Positions 1 to 10,688 of a DNA stretch of 64,000 bases are shown here, piece by piece. The notes below the pieces were generated by a model. The model saw only the letters and a program-made list of their open reading frames with translations, made no database searches and was not told the DNA's origin. Position 1 is the first letter of the stretch; each line of letters opens with the position of its first letter. This stretch comes from Podarcis gaigeae (Eukaryota), in NCBI GenBank assembly GCA_964106915.2, contig OZ066928.1; one strand, given 5' to 3'. Both the position numbers and the translations under genes were made by a program.

Positions 1-270
1 TATTGGGCTCTTCCGGAGAGAGGTGGGGCCTCCCCCCCCCCAAATAAAAGGTCCCCAGACCACTTCCTGCCAATTGGTCGATTCTGCAAAAACACCTCCC
101 TCCAGAAGAGCTCAATAGTCATGAAGGGAGTGGCCTCCCCCAAGCCAACCGACCTCTTCCACTTAAAAAGACATAGCAAGTGAGAGCAACTGAAGGATTT
201 TCATTTTCCATCTTGTTGTTTAGTCGTTTCGTCGTGTCCGACCCTTTATGACCCCATGGATTTTCCATCT

Positions 271-485
271 AGGTAAAAGTAAAAAGGTAAAGAACCCCTG
301 GACGGTTAAGTCCAGTCAAGGCCACTATGGGGTTGCGACGTTCATCTCGCTTTCAGGCCGAGGGAGCCGGCGTTTGTCCACAGACAGCTTTCCGGGTCAC
401 GTGGCCAGCAGGACTAAGCCGCTTCTGGTGCAACGGAATCCCGTGACGGAAACCAGAGCACATGGAAATGCTGTTTACCTTTTCC
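271..485 (-). mobile_element. Sauria-type SINE, 3' part
   Basis: Reverse complement of the 3' half of the 2984-3315 copy, starting in an (AAAGGT)-like tail. Confidence 0.8.
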
Positions 486-1968
486 ATCAACATTCATTCT
501 GCATGTAATTTATCCTGCATGTACCACAAGACAACCCTACTCAAGTTCTGTCCTATTTTGTCAATTAAAGAAACCATTTTGCCAACTAAAAAGGTGCCCC
601 ACCCCCAATTCGAACTAGTCAGAAGCATCTCTTTTAAATGTTTTGAATTATTTTAAAATACTGTCAGCTTGTGAAAATGACAAGATGGCAAACTTCTATG
701 GGGTTCTTCTTTGAAAATGCCTCTGACAATACAGGTGAGCACCATCAAAAACTAAAGGATGCTCTCCAGAACTAGGTTTTTCCTCCACATGATTTATTCA
801 TTAAAATCCATTTATATCTCACCTTTGCCTTTCAAGCTGGAGCACCAAAGGTGACTAACAACAACAACAACAAAAAGTTTTAAACCCCACTAACTTATAA
901 AACAATTCTCAAAAGACACTTGAAAGTAAAGCAGTTCAACAACGAGAGAGAGAGGAGAGGAGAGAAGGTGCAAGACCTTTCAGCAAATGGCCAGGCAAAG
1001 GCATCAGGACGCCATCAGAGAGGAAGCCAGGTGGATGCCCATCTCAGGGCAAGGATTTCCACAGCTTAATCACTGCAAGAGAAAAAGCCTTTTCACACAT
1101 CCCTGCCAATCACACCTCAAAAAAGGAGCATCCTAACTGGACAAAGCAGAAAGGCAGGATAGGATGGGAAGAGGCAGCCCTGAATGTAGCCATGTCCTCA
1201 GTTATTTCAAGGGTGTGCAACTATGCACACATTTTAAAAACTGTAAGATTTCTTCAGTCAAGCAACAGCTTGAGGACTGTCATATTCTCTCTGGGAACTC
1301 TCATGTGTGCTTGTCTGCACTGAAACATGCCTATGCTTAGTGCTACATGCAAACTGGGTCAGAGAGAAAGAACTGCCCTCCTTCCTAACTGCTAAGGCAG
1401 ACGAGAGTGTTTGGGCAATAGTTTTTTTGGGGAGGCGAAGTAAGACGAGGGGACCTGAGTACTGTACACCCTACATGGCTCCTTCTTCCTGCCCCAGAGT
1501 TATTCAAAACAGCAAATATTGCAGAATCAGTCACACAAAATAAAAACAAGCAACTCTGCACAAGCAAAAATATCTGGCTTTCCTTGGTGCAGAATCTGGG
1601 TCACCTGGAGCAGAGGATTTTAAAGTTATTTTATTGTAGAGTTCAAGCAGCCCTGAAAAAAATGGGTTTCAGAACAGGATAATAAAAAACAGACCTCATG
1701 TTCTACAGGGAGGCCCTTGGCACTGACGAAAGCTGAAAGGAACATGCTCACAGTTTTCAAGTCATTCAGAAGAGGTTGGAGGGATTTTGTTGCTTTGAAA
1801 ACAGAGTAACCTGAACAAAAACTGGTTGGAGCTGATGGGAGTTGTAGTTTAAAACATCAGGAAGACACCAGGTTGGGGGAGGCTGATATAAAACACTACC
1901 AGGTGTACTTTGAGGATTGTTCCCCTCATCCCCGCTCAGTCAAGCAGCATGTAAGATTTTAGATTGTA

Positions 1969-2155
1969 CAGTGGTAACTCGGGTTACATACACTTCAGGT
2001 TACATATGCTTCAGGTTACAGACTCCGCTAACCCAGAAATAGTGCTCCGGCGGCGCGGTGGCAGCAGGAGACCTCATTAGCTAAAGTGGTGCTTCAGTTT
2101 CAGGTTAAGAACGGACCTCTGGAACGAATTAAGTACTTAACCCGAGGTACCACTG
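1969..2155. mobile_element. Tc1/mariner-type MITE, family A
   Basis: TIR CAGTGGTA.CTCGGGTTA and TA TSD. Confidence 0.85.
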
Positions 2156-2983
2156 TACACACTTCAGAGCAGAATTTCTCACTATAACTGTGTATGGAGC
2201 CATACGCATTGATGATGCTATATAAATAAATGTTGATAATAATTATAATTATTATTCCAGGAAACAAATAAATAGAGTAAGAGAAGTGATGCTGGAGATG
2301 TGTAATCTATCAAACAGCAAATGCAGAAAAGCAAAGTAGACTTTCCAAGGGGTGTATGTGTGGTCAAACTAAAAGAAGAGTATGTGTGGTAGTAGTAGGA
2401 GCAGCAGCAGCAGTGGACAAAACAAGAGTAACATGTTGAAGATCCCACAGAAGCAGGTCAACCTTTGGGGACTCAGCTACACTAGCAAAGAAAAAGCACT
2501 TTATAGGTGTTGTATATGCATTATAACACTGTGACACCAGATGGCACTGTGAGGTTTGGTTTTTGCCAACCCAATTTGCCATACAAAGTTTACAATGAGT
2601 TTAACTGAAACGCTTCTCTGATGTGTCTAGATCCAGTCTTGCCCAATGGACCAGTCATGAGGTTGTCCCAAGTACTTCTATGCTACCTAGGGTGACCTCA
2701 CATCTCAAGACTACTCATTCCAGCCACTTCCTGATCTGCCTTCCTGCCTTTCTTAAATACGCTATTTAAGGCTCCCCGCCCCCTCTTCAGTTTGGCTGAA
2801 GTCTACCTCCCATCAATAAGGCACTTTTTATGAACTGGCCTTCTCTTTAATAAACTGCAAAACACTCGTGAACATTCTGTGGCATCACAGGAGCTTAGAT
2901 CAGTGGCAAAAGAGTTATGATATAGCCTACAACAGTTTCTATTTATCATAACCCACAGTATTATAGTACAGTAAAGATGGGTG

Positions 2984-3315
2984 CGGACCGTGGGTGGCGC
3001 TGTGGGTTAAACCACAGAGCCTAGGCCCTGCCGATCGGAAGGTCAGCGGTTCGAATCCCCGCGACGGGGTGAGCTCCCGTTGTTCGGTCCCTGTTCGAAA
3101 GCACGAAGTGCAAGTAGATAAATAGGGACCGCTCTCTGGCGGGAAGGTAAACGGCGTTTCCGTGTGCTGCTCTGGTCCATGGCTTAGTCACACTGGCCGC
3201 GTGACCCGGAAGCTGTCTGCGGACAAGCGCCGGCTCCCAGCCTATAGAGCGAGATGAGCGCGCAACCCCAGAGTCGGTCACGACTGGACCTGATGGTCAG
3301 GGGTACCTTTACCTT
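2984..3315 (+). mobile_element. Near full-length Sauria-type SINE
   Basis: tRNA-like head (GGTTCGAATCCC B-box), (ACCTTT)n tail, and 12-bp TSD TAAAGATGGGTG at 2972-2983 and 3316-3327. Confidence 0.85.
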
Positions 3316-4879
3316 TAAAGATGGGTGAGTTCATTTGGGGACAGAAGGTCAGAGACACAGGATCTTATGTCTGGCCACAGCTTAATCCAACAAGAGGAAC
3401 TTCTGGCCCACAGATGAAACGGAGCTGCCAGAGCCTTCCCATTTGGCTAGCCAGGTCATTCTGGTGAACGCACAAATACATCTGCCATCATCCCTGACAT
3501 AAGGGATTGGGCAGGTAAAGGTAGGGCTTTAAAGGATGGAGCAGGAGCTTACAGAGGGCTCCCAGTGGTTCCACTGCTGGAGAAGGGCACACCCCCAGTC
3601 ACCCATCAGCTGATGGGCAACACCAGTAGCCTTAGCTTGAGGAGGAAAAAACGGTTTCTCTTTAATGGAAATTGCTCCCCACCCCCTGCTGTTCTTTAAA
3701 GCCTCCCCACATTCCTGGATTAAAGAGAGCTACAGAATGGGTGGATGGGTGCGCACAGCATGCAAGAGAAAGGTGTGTCTCCAAGCCAAAAAGTTGACAC
3801 AAAGATCACTCTTTAGAACAGGGGTAGCAAATGTGAGACTCACCAGGGTTTGGACTACAGCTCCCAACCAGCCCCACACAGCACTGCCCATGGTCAGGGA
3901 TGATGGGAGTGTCTGGAGGGTGCAGGCTGGCTGCTGCTGCTCTTGTTGTTGCTGTTTAACCGTTTAGCTGTTTCCGACTCTTTGTGACCCCTTGGACCAG
4001 AGCACGCCAGGCACCCCAGTCCTCCACTGCCTCCCGCACCTCCCGCAGCATGCTCTGAGGCATCTGGAAAAGCAGGCCTTCATTGAAAAGCTGTATCAAG
4101 AAGCAGACTGCAAAGAGCCCACAAACATGATGAACGCTCACTTCGAGACAGCTGTCCTCGTCTTCTTCAGAAGATATCATTATGCAGCAGCTTCAGCATT
4201 TACATCTAGCTCTAAAAAAAACCAGCACACTGGCTAAAATAAATGGAATACTGGTCAGGACCCAGTTGCGGCGGAGGCACCTACAAAAACAAGTTCTCTA
4301 TCAGGCACGCAAACAAAAAAATCCAATAGCTCCAGACAATAGGAGCTGGGCTAAGTCGCAGCTCTCTCAGAAGCTGTTGTTTTTTTTAAGGGGCCTTTCA
4401 GATCCTGCTGGACTACAAACTCCTCTCATCCTGACCACTGGTCACTCTGGGTGGGGCTGATGGGAGTCCAACAGCTTCTCGGGGCCACAGGTTCACTGTC
4501 TCTGTTTTAAAACTCACCAAAATATGACCGGGGAAGATAAGCTTGAAAAAGTGGGGAGCATAATCGGTAATCCCAGTGAGGGGAAGAGAGCAGGTCACCT
4601 GCAGCCAGAGAGTGAGAGTTCAGGTTCTGCACGCCTACTTGTCCCTCCACTAGACAAGGAAAAGAAATTAATAGGAGAGCCTTGATTAATCAACCCAAAG
4701 CACCACATTGCCATTTCCAACAGTGGACAAAGGAATGCCCTCTTAGGAAGCCCACAAGGCAGACATGAAAACAGTCCTCCTGCTCTGTTGCTCCCCTCTG
4801 ATAACTGGTATTCAAAGGTCAACTGGCTTTGAACTTGGAGATTCATAACAATAACAATAACTATTATTATTATTAATCA

Positions 4880-5490
4880 TCATCATCATAATAATACCCT
4901 GCCCATCTGGCTGGGTTTCCCCAGCCACTCTGGGTGGCTCCCAACAGAATATTAAAAACACGATAAACAATAAAACATTAAAAACAGGGCTGCCTTCAGA
5001 TGTCTTATAAAAGTCAGATACAGTGGTACCTCAGGTTACAAACACTATGGGTTACAGACTCCGCTAACCCAGAAGTAGTACCTCAGGTTAAGAACTTTAG
5101 CTCAGGATGAGAACAGAAATCACGCGGCAGCGGCGGCAGAGGGAGGCCCCATTAGCTAAAGTGGTACCTCAGGTTAAGAATGGTTTCAGGTTAATGGACC
5201 TCCGGAACAAATTAAGTTCGTAACCAGAGGTACCACGGTAGTTGTTTATTTCCTTGACATCTGATGGGAGGGCATTCCATAGGGCAGGTGCCAGCACCGA
5301 GAAGGACCTCTGCCTGGTTCCCTGTAACCTCACTTCTCGCAGGGAGGGAACCGCCAGAAGGCCCTCAGAGCTGAACCTGAGTGTCCAGGCTGAACAATGG
5401 GAATGGAGACACTCCTTCAGGTATACTGGGCCTTTGAGGCCGTTTAGGGCTTTAAAAGTCAGCACCAACTTTGAATTGTGATCAGAAATG
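4880..5490 (-). mobile_element. L2-like LINE 3' end interrupted by a MITE
   Basis: Encodes LWNALPSDVKEI. The same 3' end recurs at ~28490-28745 and ~46260-46430. Confidence 0.7.
5021..5238. mobile_element. Tc1/mariner-type MITE, family A
   Basis: Same TIRs and internal sequence as 1969-2155; TA TSD. Confidence 0.85.
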
Positions 5491-6083
5491 TACTTTATAG
5501 CCATCATGACTAGCAGTCTACTTTCTGTCTATTTCTCCCACAAAAGAAACTTATCATGCCAAGGCAGTGCCAGGGGTGTGATAGGGGCAACAGAGAGTGT
5601 TGTACCCAGAACACTGATCTGCTTAGAGATTGCTCTGCTTTCCTCAAATGGGGGGCATACAGGACACCCCAGGAAAGTTCACTGAACCCAACTCCTCTTT
5701 CCATTTGGTAAACCAGAAATGCAATTGGCTCCTGGGGTTTTTGAACAGATATCAAGCCCACCTACCCTAACAGGAGGAAGGAGTCCCCAGTTTCCCAATT
5801 GGAAATCCAAAATATTGCACCTTTCTTGAAAATACAAGTTATTTAGGAGTCTAATGCTTCACTCCTGTTTTGCTACTAAAGCTGTATGTAAAGTATTAGA
5901 GGAATTCAATATTTAAAAGGAAAGTTTTTTAAAAAGAAATTTCCTCAAAACAACAACAAAAATTGAGCACACACTGGTTTCTAATGAGAATGCTTTTGTT
6001 CCATTCTCAAGCTGCCGCCTACATATCCAGAGCAATAAGGATGGTCAAAATATTTTCTCCACTTACTTAGAAAAAGAAAATAC

Positions 6084-6089
6084 TTTATT
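6084..6089 (-). terminator. GPR21: Candidate GPR21 polyadenylation signal
   Basis: First minus-strand AATAAA I found after the GPR21 stop (~780 nt downstream), followed by a U-rich tract. Confidence 0.45.
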
Positions 6090-6820
6090 CAACTGCTAAA
6101 TTTTGTCTGCTTCAAAGTCATCCCAACTACTACACAAACATTTTTTAAAAAATAAAAATGCAAACACTGTACTGTAAATCACATATGAGCATTCTAACAG
6201 GGCACTCAGGATGAGAAGTTTTTGGAAAAAGCATCGGGGGAGGTGGGGAGGTCAGAATACTGATTAATCACATGTGGTGTGGCTGTATCACACAACAAAA
6301 TCAAATGTTCAAGTGTTTACATTATTTGTTTATAGGACTATGGGGGAAATGGGGTTGGGGGGAAGTCAGGGAGACTATACTTTGGCCCCTTATGTTAAGA
6401 ATTCTGAAATATACTTTGGCATTTGCACAGAAAAACAAAAGCAAATAATCAGGGAGTATACCATCAGACCATTTACACATTCCCACATTGACACGCAAGA
6501 TCAAAGCTCTCCGAAAATGCCCAAGCTTTAAAGGAGGAACACAAATGTCTCTTTTGCCAGAGGTCTTGCATGCCCAGCACTGGCAGGCACGCCAGACAGG
6601 AGAGAAAGGGGAGGAGGAGGAGGAGTGCTCAGTTTTGGAAACACAGGGGCCAGGTCACCAAACCCGCCTCACACAAGGACGTTTGTAAAGTGAAACACTA
6701 AAACAGACATGCTTGTGGAAATCTCCAGTTCTTCAGCAGCATTTCTCAGAGAAAAATTGTGTGTTCTTGTCAGTTTTTTAGTTATTTTTGCAAACCTGGC
6801 AATATCTTTAATCTTTTTTC

Positions 6821-6849
6821 TGTTGTTGTTGTTGTTGTTGTTGTTGTTT
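6821..6849. repeat. (TTG)n microsatellite at the start of the GPR21 3' UTR
   Basis: About 9 units, 20 nt past the stop codon. Confidence 0.9.
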
Positions 6850-6868
6850 TGTCGGAGCAATCTGTATC

Positions 6869-7930
6869 TTACGCATGACACCCATTTGAAGGTCTTTTGC
6901 TCCTCGAGGCGGAGGACTCCTTTGGCGCCCGGTGCCTGGTGCAAGAGACACAAACAGCGCCAGAGAGGCGCTTCAAGCCTTTCTGAAAGACGCTGTTGGA
7001 CAGGCTGTAGATGACACAGTTGCAGAAGCTGTTGCTGATGGCAAGCCAGGTGGTCAGGAAGGAGGCTGCTCGGCTGTGGTAGACAGAAGAGCTCTCCAAG
7101 AGGAAGTAGATTATGTAGGGGAGCCAGAGGATGTAGAAGACGCTGGTGATGCGCAGGAGAACCATGGCATAGCGCTTGTCTGGGCATGGCTGGGCATCAG
7201 CCGCTTCCCCTTCTTGGGAGCTGAACCGCACGCGCCTCTCATTGATCTCTTTTGTGTGCTGCTGGCAAATGCGGAAGATGCTGAAATAGGTGAAGCAGAC
7301 CACGAAGGCTGCTGGTGCGTACAGCATGATGATGATGAAGAGGGTGAAGATGGCCCAGGTGTCCCAGGAGTCAGCACACCACTGAAAAACATCCCCGTGA
7401 TAGCCGGGCTTTCCCCAGTCAAAGAAAGCCGGGAGGAACACGGCGCCCGAGTACAGCCAGATGAACAGGATGCAAACCCGGAGGCGGCAGGGGGTGACCA
7501 GGGTGTTGTAGGACAGAGGCTTGGTGATGGCGATGTACCTGTCCACGCTGATGCAGGCCAGGGAGGTCATGGAGACGCTCTTGAGCACGGAGACCACGTA
7601 GCCAAAGGCTCTGCAGATCACAGACTCCGGCAAGAAGGTGACCCGGTAGTGCAGCAGAGAGAGTGAAGGCACCAGGCAGCTCACACCCACCAGGAGGTCA
7701 GCGTAGGCCATGGTCTGGATGAAGTAGCTTGTCGTGTGGTGGTTCAGCAGTGGCGCACAGTGGAAGACGAAGATGACCACAATGTTGCCCGAGATTATGA
7801 GGACGGTGAGGAAGACAATGACGATCAGCTCCAGCAGGCAGGTGTCCAAGGCCTCCGGATAGCCGGCAGCCAGGAGGCAGAAGGGCCTGCTGCTGCTGCT
7901 GTGGTTGCTACCATCGAGGGAGGCATTCAT
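6869..7930 (-). CDS. GPR21: G protein-coupled receptor 21 (orphan class A GPCR), intronless CDS nested in RABGAP1 intron 13
   Basis: 353-aa ORF from ATG at 7930 ([10 protein letters not shown]...SNGCHA). Seven hydrophobic segments, DRY motif, ECL2 [13 protein letters not shown]7 NSFCNCVIY. Closely matches human GPR21 as recalled, and the nested position matches known synteny. Confidence 0.97.
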   Translation of the reverse strand: MNASLDGSNHSSSSRPFCLLAAGYPEALDTCLLELIVIVFLTVLIISGNIVVIFVFHCAPLLNHHTTSYFIQTMAYADLLVGVSCLVPSLSLLHYRVTFLPESVICRAFGYVVSVLKSVSMTSLACISVDRYIAITKPLSYNTLVTPCRLRVCILFIWLYSGAVFLPAFFDWGKPGYHGDVFQWCADSWDTWAIFTLFIIIMLYAPAAFVVCFTYFSIFRICQQHTKEINERRVRFSSQEGEAADAQPCPDKRYAMVLLRITSVFYILWLPYIIYFLLESSSVYHSRAASFLTTWLAISNSFCNCVIYSLSNSVFQKGLKRLSGAVCVSCTRHRAPKESSASRSKRPSNGCHA

Positions 7931-8279
7931 CTTGCGTCGGTGGCAGAAACCCCTCACTCTGCTGCCACTGATGGTGGATGCTGCCTGGCTGCTTCTGCTG
8001 TCATTGCAGCTGCCACACGTGCCACCCTGTCAAAGCCCAAACAGGAGATGGAGAGGGATGCAGAGGCTCCCTGGAGCTGCTGGGCATTGTCCGCAGTGGC
8101 TCCCTCCTGGAAACACCAGTTCTTTGGGCTGCAGCCTCCACAGCCACCGCCCCCTCCTCCTCCTCCTCCTCCCTCTCTCTCTGCTGGCAGCTCAGCAACA
8201 CACCACGCACAGATGCGTGGAAGGGGGGGGCGATAGAGAAAAGGGATGGAGGGAAGCTCGTTTGCTTGTGCAATTGGGG

Positions 8280-9060
8280 GGGGAGATCCAGCAATAGCCA
8301 CGCGAGGGCGGGTGCTAGATGAAAAGGAAAGGAGGGAGGGGTGCCTTTACAGCATCCCCCCTCCCATAGCTTCAGGACGCGTACAAGCCGGCCTCCTCAC
8401 CCACAACGCTGCAGGACTTCGGCTAGCCTCTCCGCAGCCGGCTGGAGAATGGGCGCCGCCGCCGCGCCGGATCCCGCACCTCTCCGTCGATGCAGGAGTG
8501 AGGAAAGAGGAGGAAGAAGAGAGGGTCCGGCCTGCGGGTCCCTCCCCCTCCCCCACGGCTGAGCTAGGCTGAGCTGCCCTCCTGCCTACCTGCAGCCGAG
8601 AGGGACAAAGGCGAAGCAAGCGCCGGGAGCAGACGCAGAGGGACGCAGCAGCGGCTGCTTTTGATGCGCCCAGCCAGGCAGAGCAGCTGCCGGCCGTAGA
8701 AGAGCCTGCGCGGCGCAGGGGGAGGAACCCAGGTGCGAGGGAGGGGGCGGACAAAGGAAGACGATCCAGGCGGCGGCGGCGGCGGCGGCGACAGGAGGGG
8801 TGGGGGCGCAGCCAAGAGCCTCCCTTCCGCGCCCGGATAGCCGCAGCAAAGGCGCGCGCGCCCTCGTTTCCCGGCTCGATCGCCGGTGCGCCCCCTCATC
8901 TCCAAAGAGGAGCGCCCCGCCCTTTAGCAAAGAGGAGCCGCGGCTGAGTCTGCCAGGAGCCAAGCCCACCCGCTTCGTTCTTCTGAAGGGGCTCTCGGAG
9001 GTGCGAAGAGTAATCGTATGCTCAGAGGTCCAGTTCCCTCACAGGTTTGCAACGCGTCTT
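8280..9060 (-). promoter_or_regulatory. GPR21: Intragenic CpG island, probable GPR21 promoter and 5' exon
   Basis: CpG-dense block 0.35-1.1 kb upstream of the GPR21 ATG, with a (GGC)n run at ~8768-8790 and a minus-strand donor CAG|GTAGGC at 8589. Confidence 0.75.
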
Positions 9061-10309
9061 TCCTTGGCTGATCACCAAGGCATTAAGTTGTTTTTTCCAA
9101 AGCTGTCCTTCTTCATCTAAGATGTGCAGCAAAAATCCTAATATGCCCTTCTGAGTTAGACGCATGGGAGTGGGCTGCGAGGGGGCGGGGCAGACGGCAT
9201 GCTTCACACATCCCAAAGTGCACGCGCTCTCTCCCAAGACACACTCTCCACGTGGTTTAAACCATCTGAACCCAACCCAGCTGGCACACTCCCATGCCCA
9301 CTGAGATGTTTAAGCTTGGCAATTATGCTCTGCCATGCTCTTAACAGGCCCTAATCAAAATCGCCACTAAATGATAGTGACCTGGACATTATGGGGCAGA
9401 CACAACTGAAAAGTATCTGTCTTACAATAAGCAGGAACTGTGCAAGAGCTTCCCTCAGAGGATAGCATTAAAGCCTCTATAGAAGCAAACACAAAGGCTG
9501 CAATCCCTTGATCAAATCTTAGCTTAATAAGCCACCATATAAAGAAGCTTCAAAAACCTGCATTTAGGCACTTCACTCGCTCCTCTGTGTGAATGAATAA
9601 ACCAGCCCGGAAGCCACAGTTAAGCCATAGTTTCCTGTTATGTCGAAATGGGGAAACTACGGCTTGTGGATCCCGAACACGCCAGGACACAAAGACAACT
9701 TTAAACATTTAAACATAGAAGCCACAACCTTGCTTCAGTGACACAAACAACAGCCAAAATTGAGGCTAACAGGTTCACACACAAACGCTTTATAGGTAAT
9801 AAAGGTCCTGGAAAACAAGCCTTATGAGCATATGCAAGTCTTCAGCATATGCGCCGCCGGGGTGCAAAGATCCGCCCAGTGCCCCCAAATTTAGACTGCC
9901 CACGTCTACACCCAAGATATACTTCTCCGTGGTTGCAGGCAAGGCCATGGCGGCAGCCTGCCCCTCCAAGTCATGCTGCTGTCGCCCCTCAAGAACCAGG
10001 CGCCCAATCTCCGCAAAGGCACCCAGCTTCACATCCAGGCACTTTTAAAAGCTCCCCAGGAGGAGGAAGGAGAAGAAGAGGAGGGACGCAGCAGCCAGGC
10101 TGATGGTGGGCGAGAGAGCAACACAGGGCAGGACTCTGGGGAGGAGAAAGTGGCCAGGGGGAGGCCAGCTTTGAATGTCAGCTTGATCAAAATTACTTAT
10201 TTTTTCGTAACAGATAGATAGTTAAAAGCTTAGGCAACTTCAGTGGTAGGGCCCCCCCCCAAAAAAATTCAGTGCCTGGGTGCCCTGAACCCCTGGGTAA
10301 AGACAGCCC

Positions 10310-10688
10310 TGCTTATGAGGAATGGTTGGGGGAGTGGGGTGTGTTTAGGAAAACAGAAGACCGAGAGGAAATATGATAGCCATCTTCAAATATCTAAAGG
10401 AGTCACTTAAGATGGAGCAAGCCTGTTTTCTTCTGCTCCAGAGGACAGGACCCAAACCAATGGATTCAAATGACAGGAAAGCATATTATGACTAAACATT
10501 AGGAAGGACCTTTTGATGGTTCAACACTGAAACCGACTGTCTTGGAAGGCTGTGGACTTTCCTCCCCTGGAGGTTTTAAAAGGGAGGCTGGATGGCCACT
10601 TGTCGGGGATTCTTTAGTTGCGATTACTGCATTCCAGGAGGGGCTTGGGCTAGGTGACCCTCAGGGTCCTTCCAACTCTACAATTCTA
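10310..10688 (+). mobile_element. CR1-like LINE 3' fragment
   Basis: ATGATAGCCATCTTCAAATATCTAAAGG...CCTTCCAACTCTACAATTCTA, resembling a CR1 3' end. Confidence 0.65.

Noticed and set aside
6932-7666. 244-aa plus-strand ORF antisense to GPR21
   Set aside because: Codon-register mirror of a GC3-rich CDS, with no recognisable domain.
9890-9930. TEKYILGVDVGS resembles the N-terminal phosphate-binding strand of FGGY sugar kinases
   Set aside because: No similarity continues beyond about 11 residues, and no other kinase exons are nearby.
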